DNA of 63,975 bases, filler included, from Octopus bimaculoides (GCF_001194135.2; 8 parts of 8 records of this genome joined end to end with filler, not necessarily neighbours in it); one strand, 5' to 3'; counted from the first letter of the whole stretch, positions 49,784-63,934 are shown. The notes: a model not told the origin generated them from the sequence alone. Program-made: numbers and translations.

Positions 49784-49821
<38 letters not shown>

Positions 49822-49822
<1 letters not shown>

Positions 49823-49982
49823 TACGACGGGATTCTTTCAGTTTCCGTCTACCAAATCCACTCACAAGGCTTTGGTCGGCCCGAGGCTATAGTAGAAGAC
49901 ACTTGCCCAAGGTGCCACGCAGTGGGACTGAACCCGGAACCATGTGGTTGGTAAGCAAGCTACTTACCACACAGCCACTCGT
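49822..49982 (-). mobile_element. SINE family A, 5' half
   Basis: Nearly identical to 33285-33440. Confidence 0.9.
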
Positions 49983-50721
49983 ACATATAATTATTTAGAC
50001 TTTGAGTATACAACTAGTGGTATTCCAATTAAAACTCTTTCACTGCTTAGGCTACGTTATGTCGTCCATAATTTTGATATAAGTGTCAATGAACCTACCT
50101 CAGGAATTCCGAAGTGTTTGAGTTTGTTACAAATGAGGGAAATGGAAACTGACCTCACAGCGTGGCAGCAGATACCCTTTGTCCGTTTGCCTCTAATAAG
50201 ACCATCTTGGTTATTTATGATAGTATTCAACGACAGAGTGAGCATGGGTGTGTATGTTCACGTGACCACTGGTGTGTGTGTGTATGTGTGTTTATATGTG
50301 TTTATGTTTACACGTTTATACTTATCTTACTTCATTTTATATTTCATTTCTTTTGTTATGTTATTCTATGTCATTTTTTCATCCTTTATTATTTTGCTCT
50401 ATTGTCATGCATTTACTATTAACCATGGCTAAACCCATTAACCGATTATAACCCGGAAATTGTATCCATCCCCTGTCATTATAGCCAACAACCTTCTGGC
50501 AAAAACAACATGATGCAGTATAATCGAACCAAACGAAACCGAGTATATTGTGTGAGATATCTCCTGTAAAATAAGGCGCCTAACGCGATACACCTGCATC
50601 GGAGGATGCTACACAATTATTTGTATGTCCCACACGCAAGGGACCGATGCAAGATGGGTCGAATCGATCGCTGTGATGAATAAAGATTCTCGTGAATTCC
50701 ATTTTCCATTTCCTTCATTTG

Positions 50722-50875
50722 TGGCTGTGTGGTAAGAAGCTTGCATCTCAACTACGTGGTTCTGGGTTCAGTCCCACAGCATGGGACCTTGGGCAAGTGT
50801 CTTCTACTATAGCCTCGGGCCGACCAAAGCCTTGTGAATGAGTTTGGTAGACGGAAACTGAAAGAAGGTCGTTGT
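50722..50875 (+). mobile_element. SINE family A, 5' half
   Basis: TGGCTGTGTGGTAAGAAGCTTGC...GGGTTCAGTCCCAC...GGTAGACGGAAACTGAAAGAAG. Confidence 0.9.
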
Positions 50876-50887
50876 ATATATATATAT

Positions 50888-51653
50888 AAATCATTGATGA
50901 GAGAACAAACATTAAATTCGGGCCAACGACTTTATGTAAGCCCACGCTTCCATACATTTCATCATATACAAATACTAACATGGCCTTCAACATATAAAAA
51001 AATACATGTATAAGCACAGATGGTAACAAATATATATACACATATAAAAATACAAAATATATAGAAGGGCCTGTCAAGAAAAAGTATATACAAATCGACT
51101 AAAACAGGTGATCAAAATTAATTGCTAAAACACATCAATCAATCTTGTGAACTACTTGTGAACTACTTGATTGTGAAATTCCTGGAGGGTTCTGTTCATC
51201 CTGATGAGAGGGTCATTGCAATTGGACCGCCGCACTGAACTCTCGAAATGGCCATAGATGTGAATTTTGAACAACCCTTCTTTGGAACTCTCTTACGCTC
51301 CTTGGATACCAGACCTACCATGGATTGCTTCATTTTTAAAAACGAACTATTTTGATATATTTTTAATCAAAGGGTAAAAAAAAAATTAGTCGATTGATAT
51401 GTTTTAGTAGTTCATTTTGATCACCTGTTTTAGTCGTTTTGTATATACTCTTTCTTGACAGACCCTTCTACATATTTTGTATTTTTATATATGCATATAT
51501 ATCTTCTTTTTTTTTACCTTCGGTGTTTATATATTTATTTCTTTTATATGTTGATGGTCATGGTATTATTTGTATATGATGAAATGTATAGAAGCATGGA
51601 GTTATATAAAGTCGTTGGCCCGAATTTGATGTTTGTTCTCTAATCAATGATTT
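50888..51653. mobile_element. Inverted-repeat element (~255-bp arms) enclosing a hammerhead; Penelope-like inverted pLTR architecture
   Basis: 50888-51141 is the reverse complement (diverged) of 51391-51653; ~250-bp spacer. Confidence 0.75.
51184..51280 (+). ncRNA. Type I hammerhead ribozyme motif with palindromic stem III
   Basis: CATC-CTGATGA(51201)-GAGGGT...ACTCTC-GAAA(51245)-TGGCCA-TA-GATG; stem I extended by GGGTT.TGTT/AACAACCC across an internal loop; predicted AUA cleavage after 51256. Confidence 0.78.
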
Positions 51654-51877
51654 TTTGTCTCTGTCTCAATTTCACTTGCGCACTTCTTTTTTGCTGTCCT
51701 ATATACCTTTTTCTGCTTCCATAAAAAGAAACGAAAGTTATTCTTTGTTATATATATATATATATATATATATATATNNNNNNNNNNNNNNNNNNNNNNN
51801 NNNNNNNNNNNNNNNNNNNNNTTAATTAATTAANNNNNNNNNNNNNNNNNNNNNNNNNNNNNNNNNNNNNNNNNNNN

Positions 51878-52571
51878 ATACAAGCTAACAGGAATGTTAT
51901 ATGCAAAAACCAACTTAACAAATTTTTCGTTTAAAATACAATTTGAACGAAGTTTTAGGTTAAAATAATAAAGATAGAAGTAGCACATATCTAAACGATG
52001 CAATATTATCGATTTTAACTTTGTTAAATGACTTTATATCATTGTTTGAAAAAAATATGTATTTTTATATTATGCAATTGATTTTTAATGATAATTTTAG
52101 TCGATACCTTTTTTAACACTAAATTAATTAGTAGTAAGTGTATCATCTTAGCCTAAACTAAGACTTCGATTAGATTAGGGTTGAATTTTTTCCATTAATA
52201 CTGTTTAGTATTTCTTCTTATTTTAGGGAGAAATAACTAGTCTTTTTATTTAATTTCTTTGATTATACAATATCGTTAAATGTTTAATTATGACTTAAGT
52301 TATATAAAGTTTAAACTTTCATTCATAATAAAATTTTCATTCATATTTTTATATTTATTTATTCTATTCCTTTTCTTTACGCAATATTTTCATGAGACTT
52401 CTTTTAAATAAATGTTTTAGTCTAAAATCTTCTAGTTTAAACTATTGCATCGTTTAGATATGTGCTAATTCTATCTTTATTATTTTAACCTAAAACTTCG
52501 TTCAAATTGTATTTTAAACGAAAAATTCGTTAAAGTTGGTTTTTGCATTTAACATTCCTGTTAGCTTGTAT
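51878..52571. mobile_element. AT-rich fold-back element with ~128-bp inverted arms
   Basis: 51878-52005 pairs with 52443-52571 with few mismatches; the left arm starts at a segment edge. Confidence 0.8.
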
Positions 52572-53382
52572 TATAATGGACGTAGGGTTGATTATGGATT
52601 GTCTATAATTTTGATATTTTTAAAAATATTTTTCTATCTTAATATAATAAGTATTTTATATACATTCATTTGTTATTTATTGTTGGTTGATACATACATT
52701 CTTTTATTATTATTATTGTTTTGAATAGAATTGATTTTCGATAGTTTTAATCGATTTAAATTATCTTTCTATTTGAAAATTGGTTATGAAACACGTGTAG
52801 TCGTTTTATTATCATTATTTTATGATATTTACTTTGTATTATATTATACTAATTTATTGTGCTTTTACTTAATTTTTCTATAAGTGACAGTGAATTTTCA
52901 TCGATGAGTTCTTTTCCCTAAAACTATATATTTATATATTTTACACTGTGAAACTTAATTTAATTTTTATTTCTATAAGTTGAATTTAAGTGAGTTTTTA
53001 CCTGTAAATTTGGNNNNNNNNNNNNNNNNNNNNNNNNNNNNNNNNNNNNNNNNNNNNNNNNNNNNNNNNNNNNNNNNNNNNNNNNNNNNNNNNNNNNNNN
53101 NNNNNNNNNNNNNNNNNNNNNNNNNNNNNNNNNNNNNNNNNNNNNNNNNNNNNNNNNNNNNNNNNNNNNNNNNNNNNNNNNNNNNNNNNNNNNNNNNNNN
53201 NNNNNNNNNNNNNNNNNNNNNNNNNNNNNNNNNNNNNNNNNNNNNNNNNNNNNNNNNNNNNNNNNNNNNNNNNNNNNNNNNNNNNNNNNNNNNNNNNNNN
53301 NNNNNNNNNNNNNNNNNNNNNNNNNNNNNNNNNNNNNNNNNNNNNNNNNNNNNNNNNNNNNNNNNNNNNNNNNNNNNNNNNN

Positions 53383-53449
<67 letters not shown>

Positions 53450-53495
53450 GACACGTGTGTGTTTGTGTATATGTCTATGTACATAGATATATAAA

Positions 53496-54329
53496 CAGGA
53501 TGCGATGGGTAAATTGTCACCATTTTATAGTTTTAATTTCGCGCTTGCGCATTGTTTTTGATTTTGTCGACCACACAATATAGTAGGGCCCGTTGGGGAC
53601 CGTCTGTGAGAAAAACAGTTCCATGGCGCATTTCTACCAGAAATTTGGGAAAGATATGCTATGCTGCTTGGCATTTGCGCTGGAAGCTCTAATACCAAAC
53701 GCCGGAATCTCCAATACGAACATGTACCGAGAGTGATAAAAATCAAACATCCAGTCAACATCATGGTGTTTGGAGTGATCACTATTGATGGCGACGTTAT
53801 GCCTCCATTCATCTTCCCACACGGCCTCAGACTTAACATGGATGCCTACATCAAATGCTTGGAGGAGGTAGTGCTGCCCTGGGTCAAGAGGGTAGCTGCT
53901 GGAAGACTATATTTGGCAACAGGACTCTTCACCATGCCACTCAAGCAGGAGAACCCAATCATGACTATCAGACAATTTCTGTGACCACATCACTCCTAAC
54001 GCCTGGCTACATAACTCCCCAGACTGCAACCCCTGGATGTGTGGCGTGCAGTTGAACGAGAAACCTACAAAACTCTTCGTAACATCAGAGATGAACTGAA
54101 TGCAAGGATTATGGCAGGATTCACCAACTTAAACAAGGAGTCAATCCAGGAGAGTTGCATGTGATTCTGAAGTCGTCTGGAAGCTAATGGCGATTTTATT
54201 GAATAAATTTACTCTTTAGTATTTCAAGATATTTTTATGTAATTTTGCTAAATATATCTATTAAAATGAGATGTCAGTGTTATTTTCATTTTTGCGTAAT
54301 TTAGACGACGCTTTATTCACTGCACCCTG
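53496..54329 (+). mobile_element. Internally deleted DD37D/maT-like mariner with both TIRs
   Basis: Left CAGGATGCGATGGGTAAATTG, right TTTATTCACTGCACCCTG; remnant IKHPVNIMVFGVITIDGDVMPPFIFPHGLRLNMDAYIKCLEEVVLPWVKRV...SPDCNPLD. Confidence 0.88.
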
Positions 54330-54844
54330 CATATGTGTGTGTGTGTGTGTGTGTGTGGTCAAATTGGTCATCTTCACTTCTTACACCCGTTTGAATTAAT
54401 GCTCAATGATTTAATTACAAATTTGCACATTAAATTTGTATTTATGTGACATGAGCATAATTTCATCAGAGAAAGAAAAGATATACCTTGAGATGTTATA
54501 TGTAGACCTATCAATTCATTTCAGCAGACTAAATATTACTGTTTATGATTTGTATTATTATTATATGCTCGTGTGAAGGGTCGACAGATTGATTAGAATA
54601 CGTTTAAGGATAAAGCAAAGTAAATAAAACTAGAACAATAACTGAAGTAAAAACAGAGATGATTGAGGAAAGATAAATATAAATAAGACAGAAGACAAAC
54701 TGTTTTTACTTCAAGTCTTTATAAAGTTTTACTGACATTTGATAAGAAAATATTCATCGAAACCGGTAATATTTTCTTTATATAATTTTTAAAATCATTT
54801 TCAGTAAATTGCCTCTTAAATTGAAATGTCATAGACTTACTTCT

Positions 54845-55285
54845 GTGCTACTTCCACCTTCATCTTTTTTAACCTTTCCTTGTTCCAGAACCATATAAGA
54901 ACATTTATCTTGGCCAAACTCTAGTCCTATATCACCAGAAAATGTTGTGACCAGGTCGAGGCTTTTTTTCATATCATCCATGTTCTTGGCATACAATTTC
55001 AAATCATCCACAAAGAAGCAGTGTGTAATTTTGGTGTTTCTGTTTGCCTGCGCTCCAATTAGATACCCTTCAGACTTCTTCAGCATGTATGATAATGGAT
55101 TTACCGATAGTATGAACAGCATTACAGAGAGGCTCTCTCCTTGGAATATGCCCCTGCAATATTGTATTTTTGTTTTTGCTGGTGATACATCCACTTACTG
55201 TATTTGGCCCAGGAAGATCTCAGGTTAGATATGGCATTAATCAAGTTCCCTGGGACTTTAGCAAGTCGGAGAGCTTCTAGCATCC
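54845..55285 (-). mobile_element. R4/Dong-like LINE reverse transcriptase fragment
   Basis: YCRGIFQGESLSVMLFILSVNPLSYML...ITHCFFVDDLKLYAK...FSGDIGLEFGQDKC. Confidence 0.9.
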
Positions 55286-55978
55286 ACATACACACACATA
55301 TATATACATACATATATACATACATATATACATACATACATACATACATATATATATATATGTATGTATATATATATATATATNNNNNNNNNNNNNNNNN
55401 NNNNNNNNNNNNNNNNNNNNNNNNNNNNNNNNNNNNNNNNNNNNNNNNNNNNNNNNNNNNNNNNNNNNNNNNNNNNNNNNNNNNNNNNNNNNNNNNNNNN
55501 NNNNNNNNNNNNNNNNNNNNNNNNNNNNNNNNNNNNNNNNNNNNNNNNNNNNNNNNNNNNNNNNNNNNNNNNNNNNNNNNNNNNNNNNNNNNNNNNNNNN
55601 NNNNNNNNNNNNNNNNNNNNNNNNNNNNNNNNNNNNNNNNNNNNNNNNNNNNNNNNNNNNNNNNNNNNNNNNNNNNNNNNNNNNNNTGAACTCGGAACCA
55701 TGTGGTTGGAAAGCAAGCTTCTTACCACACAGCCACGCTTGCACCCCCCTCTCTCTCTCTCTCTCTATCTCCCTATGTATATATATATATCGTATAAATA
55801 TCTTTATATACTCACATACATTCACAGATTGAAATGGACATAAAACATACTGAATCTTTTTAGTCATTGCTTTTCGTGTCCAGTTAACACCGCAGCGACA
55901 ACGGCACCACACACGAAAAAGAAACCCACCATGAATATCTCTGTATTAGTGTGTGTGCTTGTGTATGTGCGTGTATGC

Positions 55979-56024
<46 letters not shown>

Positions 56025-56374
56025 GCGTACATATTTATACCAATTTATATATATGTTCATCTGTGTGTATATGTATATAATATCGATCCATACCATGCAT
56101 ACTTAAAATATATATATAAATCTGTATATATGAGAGTGTTGGTCTGAGCGTGTGTATGTATGTGTGTATATATATGTGTGTATGTATATATGTATGTACA
56201 TACACATATATGTGTATGTACATATGTATATGTATGTACATATGTATATGTATGTACATACACATATGTATGCGTGTGAGTGTGCATACATGTACATACA
56301 TACATACATATGTACGTATTTATATGCACATATATATATGTATAAATATGTGTGTATATATATATATGTATATA

Positions 56375-56425
<51 letters not shown>

Positions 56426-57317
56426 ATATATATTTACATATGTACACACACGGTTAGATACAAGCATACACATGCAAGATGTGTATAGATATGATTTTAC
56501 GTTTGAAATGGTTTTTATATGTATGTATGTGTGTGTGTATGTATGCATGTAGGTAAGTATGTTTCTGTATATGAGTGTATGTATGCATGAGTGTCTGTGC
56601 ATGCGTGTGATATATATTTATATGAGAGTGTGTATGTGTGTATATCAATATATATTCAAGGCACACATCTATATATATCCATCATATTTCCAGTCCCTGT
56701 TATCCCATTTTTCTTCATCACCACCATTACCAGTTTCCTTTCTACATTTATGTACATTTATTTATGTGAATGTATATTTGTATACACCCACACCCACACA
56801 CAAACACACATAAATGTATGTATATACATATATATANNNNNNNNNNNNNNNNNNNNNNNNNNNNNNNNNNNNNNNNNNNNNNNNNNNNNNNNNNNNNNNN
56901 NNNNNNNNNNNNNNNNNNNNNNNNNNNNNNNNNNNNNNNNNNNNNNNNNNNNNNNNNNNNNNNNNNNNNNNNNNNNNNNNNNNNNNNNNNNNNNNNNNNN
57001 NNNNNNNNNNNNNNNNNNNNNNNNNNNNNNNNNNNNNNNNNNNNNNNNNNNNNNNNNNNNNNNNNNNNNNNNNNNNNNNNNNNNNNNNNNNNNNNNNNNN
57101 NNNNNNNNNNNNNNNNNNNNNNNNNNNNNNNNNNNNNNNNNNNNNNNNNNNNNNNNNNNNNNNNNNNNNNNNNNNNNNNNNNNNNNNNNNNNNNNNNNNN
57201 NNNNNNNNNNNNNNNNNNNNNNNNNNNNNNNNNNNNNNNNNNNNNNNNNNNNNNNNNNNNNNNNNNNNNNNNNNNNNNNNNNNNNNNNNNNNNNNNNNNN
57301 NNNNNNNNNNNNNNNNN

Positions 57318-57381
<64 letters not shown>

Positions 57382-57778
57382 TGTATGCTTGTATATATGT
57401 ATGTGTGTGCATATGTGATATTCTATTTATATTTATAGACAGGGACTGTTTAACTGATCGCGCGCTTCCATCTGAGCCTGTCGGTTACTCAGATGTGAGC
57501 CTAGCGCTACTATTTTCTGAATTCAAGCATAGTTCATCGTGCCTGCAAAGCCATTGGGAATTGATGCCGTAAATACAAAATCTCGTGCATGGTCAAAAAC
57601 GATTATAAAATACGCCGAAAAAAAGACCCGATGGCGTGAGTGTTGTTCTTTAGGGTCAGGAAGGCTTATAACTATTCCTTTACCAAGGGAGAAACTGCAT
57701 AGCATTTGCTCCTTTTTAGCGAAATGCTAAATGCTAAATGTCGTCTGCTGCTTATATTTCACTGAAGGATTTTTTTAT

Positions 57779-57814
<36 letters not shown>

Positions 57815-57889
57815 GCACACACACACACATACACACACACACACACACATATACACATGCTCATCTACAAACCAGACCGCGTGTGTCTG

Positions 57890-57923
<34 letters not shown>

Positions 57924-57962
57924 CATATCTTTCTGTAAACGTTTGTATATATGTGTGTGTGT

Positions 57963-58017
<55 letters not shown>

Positions 58018-58101
58018 CATGCACATATTCATTCACATTAGAAACTTTCTGATTGATCTATATATTCGACATAAAATTTATTGCATTATCATCATCATCA
58101 T

Positions 58102-58167
<66 letters not shown>

Positions 58168-58319
58168 TGTTGCTGTTGTTATTGTATTTGTGGTTTTGTA
58201 TTTTTTGAAGTTTGACGCTNNNNNNNNNNNNNNNNNNNNNNNNNNNNNNNNNNNNNNNNNNNNTTAATTAATTAANNNNNNNNNNNNNNNNNNNNNNNNN
58301 NNNNNNNNNNNNNNNNNNN

Positions 58320-58635
58320 GTTCCGGGTTCAGTCCCACTGTGTGGTACCTTTTACAAGTGTCTTCTACTATAGCCTCGGGCTGACTAAAGCCTTGTGAGT
58401 GGATTTGGTAGACGGAAACTGAAAGAAGCCCTTCGTTTATCCCCCCAACACTCTCTTGATGACCGATGTTGGTGTGTGTGTGTGTCTACGTTCCCGTAAC
58501 TTAGCGGTTCGGCAAAAAGGGAACGATAGAATAAATACTAGGCTTCCAAAGAATAAGTCCTGGGGTCGATTTGTCCAACTAAAAGCCGTGCTCCAGCATG
58601 GCCGCAGTCAAATGACTGAAACAAGAAAAAGAAAT
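58320..58635 (+). mobile_element. SINE family A, 5' end cut by a gap
   Basis: TTCCGGGTTCAGTCCCACTG...GTGCTCCAGCATGGCCGCAGTCAAATGACTGAAACAAG. Confidence 0.9.
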
Positions 58636-58988
58636 ATACACACACACGTTCTGTATATATCTCATTCGACATAACGATACCTAACATGCTTGACCAGCAT
58701 ATGAGAGATTTTGCACAGGCATGTCCGAAGTTTTAGGTGTTGGACCAGATTAGAAGTTTGCTCGAGTGTTGAGGGAGGTAGAATATACATAATTAAGTAG
58801 GTGGCGCTGCATAGCTAATCACGTGGACGCGTTCTCTGGGTAAGATTTTACGAATTGCTTCTGGCTTAATTAAGATTATACAAAATGGTTGTCTTGAGTG
58901 CACAGAAGTATGCATGTATGTATGTATGTGTGTGTGTGTGTGTGTCGATATGCAAAAATGCATTCCTTCGTGAATGTGTATGTGTGTA

Positions 58989-59034
<46 letters not shown>

Positions 59035-59042
59035 TGCACACA

Positions 59043-59074
<32 letters not shown>

Positions 59075-59563
59075 CTTATAATATATCTTTGAATCTACCA
59101 TCTGTGTTTCTCTCTCCTCGTGTCTTTCTTTCGTTTTTTCTTTCTTTCTTTCTTTATACGTATGCGTGTGTAAATATATATATTCGAGTGTCTCTACATA
59201 CAAACACACATGTATATATACAGAAAAAAACACACAGTATCAAAGATGTATGCATACATGCATACATACATACATACCATCACATTATTTCGCAAAGTAA
59301 GGATTTCCGTTTAGTAACATTCCTGGAACTTCCTTTAGAATTTCGATGAATGGACAAACTTCTACGCGTAGAATATATACACGCTTCCCAGAGCTGTATA
59401 TACAATCTACCAAAGTCTCTAACCTACCATTTGTCTTGAGGGTATAGAATACCGAATTTAGCCCCGAGTCAGGTAGCATCGCGTTCTTAACTCTAGGGTA
59501 TTTTTATGCACGTATGTATGTATGTATGTATGTATGTATGTAGATAGATAGATACTTGAGAAA

Positions 59564-59612
<49 letters not shown>

Positions 59613-59840
59613 TGTAGGCAGGATGTATATTCATGTATATATGACGGGGCAAAATAGCCGCGAGGTAAATGGGTGTATAAATGTATAAACGCAGAAACAA
59701 CGGTGTGTATATATGTGTGTGTATTGATTTGTGCCTGTTGTGTTTATGTAATGCGATTGAGTATGCATATGTGTCTGAGTATGAATAAGTAAGAATAGTA
59801 TATATATATACATACACACACATACATACATGTAAGTATG

Positions 59841-59882
<42 letters not shown>

Positions 59883-60120
59883 CATTCATACATGCACACA
59901 TACACATATATATACATATACGTACATGCTTATACGCACATACACACATATTCAAATACATATACGCACGTGTATATTAGCGAAAGCATATTTATATACA
60001 TTCGTATAAACGCACATACGGACCTATAAATATATACTTAGATTATACGCACACACCCCAGCCCTTACATCTTACATGCGAATATTTATATATTATACAT
60101 GCTTACACTCATATATTCGT

Positions 60121-60156
<36 letters not shown>

Positions 60157-60310
60157 TCGGATATATATAAATGTATATATATATGCATACACATACATTT
60201 ATATGTGTATTTGTGTATATTGTTTTATAGGTACATACATGTGTGTGTATAAATATATGTATATATGTATTATCTCTCTCCCTCTCGCTCTCTCTCTCTC
60301 TCTCTCTCTT

Positions 60311-60408
<98 letters not shown>

Positions 60409-61024
60409 TGTATATATATATATATATATATACACGCAGGTAGACTTGTATATACATATGTGCAAAGCGTTGAACAAGTGAATGTATCAATATCCATGTA
60501 TATACATACATAATTGAGGTATGTAGAGTTACAATAAATAACTATACATTCTCGAATTCCTTTCACCGATATCAAGTGTTTGGACTGCGGCCATACTGGG
60601 GCATCGCCTGAAGGGGTTTTCTTTTATTATTTATATTAGTTTTCTCGCCTCTTTTATTATTCTGTTCATTAACAATTGTGAGCTTTATCGGTTTGACTTA
60701 ACACCGGTCTTCTTGTACCCGCCGGCGTTGTGAGAAACAGAACACTCATTATATAGACATATATATATATATGTGTGTGTGTCTGTGTGTCTGTGTGTCT
60801 GTGTGAGGAGTTGGAGTCATGAGTTGCTTCCGTTTACCAATTATCACCCGGAAGGCATCGGTGAATTCGAGACTGTAGTAAGAAAATGGAATATCAATAA
60901 TCGAGTCCGCCGCGTTGTGATATCGAACCAGGGATTGGGATGTTGTAAAGCGGGTTAGAAAACCCTCACAGCCACGAGATTGCCGCCAGCGTCGAACGAG
61001 ACACGTATCTTCTTTCATTGTCTT

Positions 61025-61345
61025 ACCTGCTTCAGTCATTCGACTGCGGCCATGCTGGAGTAACGTATTAAAGAGATCTTTCAGTCGAAGAAATTGAGAC
61101 CCCTGGACCTATTCTTTGTAATCCCAGCACTCATTATATCGCTAAGTAACGGGGACATAAACACACCAACATCGGTTTTCAAACGTACAAACACAGATAC
61201 AGACCCCTCCCTCCGACACACACATACACACACGCGCGCACACACACACACACACGTATATATATACACGAAAGGTTTCTTTCAATTTCCGTCAACGAAA
61301 TCCACTCGCGAGATTTTGGTTGGTCTAAGGCTATAGCATTTGCCA
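61025..61345 (-). mobile_element. SINE family A, decayed
   Basis: CTTCAGTCATTCGACTGCGGCCATGCTGGAG...TTTCCGTCAACGAAATCCACTCGCGAG. Confidence 0.75.
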
Positions 61346-61616
61346 TGTATGTATATATATTTTAGATACTATATAAGGCTATTATAACACAGTTATTTAT
61401 GCATTTTACATGATTTATTAAATTATGTATCTATTGTAGTATATTGTATATATATGTATATATATATATATATATATTCGATATATCCATACAAACATAC
61501 ATACACGCATAGATACATACATATTACGCGCGCACACGCGCTCATACACATATATACATATATAGACGTACAGGTATATGCAGACATACGTATATTTATA
61601 TATTCATGCATACATG

Positions 61617-61692
<76 letters not shown>

Positions 61693-61997
61693 CATATATA
61701 TGTATATGTGTATNNNNNNNNNNNNNNNNNNNNNNNNNNNNNNNNNNNNNNNNNNNNNNNNNNNNNNNNNNNNNNNNNNNNNNNNNNNNNNNNNNNNNNN
61801 NNNNNNNNNNNNNNNNNNNNNNNNNNNNNNNNNNNNNNNNNNNNNNNNNNNNNNNNNNNNNNNNNNNNNNNNNNNNNNNNNNNNNNNNNNNNNNNNNNNN
61901 NNNNNNNNNNNNNNNNNNNNNNNNNNNNNNNNNNNNNNNNNNNNNNNNNNNNNNNNNNNNNNNNNNNNNNNNNNNNNNNNNNNNNNNNNNNNNNNNN

Positions 61998-62044
<47 letters not shown>

Positions 62045-62227
62045 TATATATATAGATATAGATATAGAAGCATGCATTCATTCATGTGTTTATATATACT
62101 GGTATATACACACACATTCATATATACATACATACGTACATGATGTCATACATACGTACACACACACACGCACACGCATGCTTATGATAACACGTAGGTA
62201 CATACTCACAGATCCACAGGAACACAG

Positions 62228-62262
<35 letters not shown>

Positions 62263-63934
62263 AACAAACACGCTTTCCCTCTCTCATACACACACAAACA
62301 CGAACAGAACGCACACCACGCAACGCGTTCCAGTGACACGAAGATCGCCATCACTGCGAGGAATGGCACAAATGGCCCAAGGCTGTCGGCCACTCACTAT
62401 ATTCTCTATCTTGAGGACAGTCTTAGGTTAATTGGAATCTCTTCGCTTTTCCTCTGGCACCGCAGTACCATAACTTACACCCAGTAGAGAGATAGGGATG
62501 ACAGTAAGTCGCTCCGGCGACGCACGGACAGATATCCATAAATACATACATACATACATGCTTACATGCATAAATGCATACATAAATATATGTATATATA
62601 TATGCATATAAAAATATATCTATATATACATAAATATAAATATGCATATGTATATACATATATGTACATATATATATTCAATATATATTTATATATCTAC
62701 ATATATGTATATATATATGTATATATATATATATGTATATGTATATANNNNNNNNNNNNNNNNNNNNNNNNNNNNNNNNNNNNNNNNNNNNTTAATTAAT
62801 TAANNNNNNNNNNNNNNNNNNNNNNNNNNNNNNNNNNNNNNNNNNNNAAAGATTTCTAATGTCTTTTCTTCATACTTTACTTTTGAATTTACTTATACAA
62901 ATTCATATAGGTATGAAACTTGTACAGAAACAATCAGTATATGATTTAACTTATTAAACAAAGTTCACCAAATTCATTCATGTTTATGTAATGGTGGAGA
63001 TTAGATGTTAAAAAAGATTATAGTTTTTATTTTTCATGTTGCTATAGAATTTGTTTCATAGATTTTCTCTTAGTTATCATTGGTTATCATTGAGATTAGT
63101 GTATTCATTCTTGCAGTCATGTCTATTTGAGTGAAGGCTGAAAATATATATATTGAGTGCTATTATTTTTTCTAAAAAATATCTTAAGTCGTAAAGAGAA
63201 TTGACGGTTAAGTAAAAACTAAATTTGTATTTGAAAATCCATATACCTCCTAATTTGGCATTTCTCAACGTACATGCAAATACAGCTTCACCAGTAATAA
63301 AATTCATTTAAGGAGTTTTAAATAGACATATATTGTATTTCATAGAGAGAATGTCAGTTTTTAATATTACATATATTAGCACTCAATATATATTTTTTCA
63401 GTCTTTTTAGTATTAAAGAATAATTTCTTGTTTATAAACTTTAAATTTAAGTATTTATTGTAAATAATAGGTCTAATATTCAAAGACAAAAATAACTGTT
63501 GTATGTCGTAAATAATTACCTAGTCACAGTACTGATATATTTTAAAGAAGATTTAGAAATAAATACCATACGAGTAATAAGGTCTAAATAAAGGGGATTA
63601 CTTACGTTATAAATTTATGTAATCAGATATAGAGCCATTAGTATAGAAGAAAGGTGTTTTTGATAGTGTGTCTCAGAATAGTTGTTTATGTTATTGTTGA
63701 GGAAAAACGAACCGAAAACGAGAGCTGGAGAAATTTGTAATATAAGAGAGACAATAATTAATATACTTATATATTTTACGGATATAATACAGGCGTACAT
63801 AGATTTACATGTTCAAACGTAAATAGACTCACAACACAGACATAGAAATATGTACACTCAAAATATGTACTTATGCGCATACATACCCATGCAGTCATAT
63901 ATACATATATACATTTATACATACATAGACACAC

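Larger units (their letters stand above)
55940..62750. repeat. Extended complex (TA/CA/TG/CT/CAT)n low-complexity region with gaps
   Basis: Direct reading; source of most ORF-track entries (YI/CV/HT/LS repeats). Confidence 0.9.

Noticed and set aside
63230-63290. KLGG-YG-like motif suggesting a mitochondrial ND4 insertion (NUMT)
   Set aside because: Needs a frameshift, the spacing to the upstream EA does not match ND4, and flanks show no ND4 similarity.
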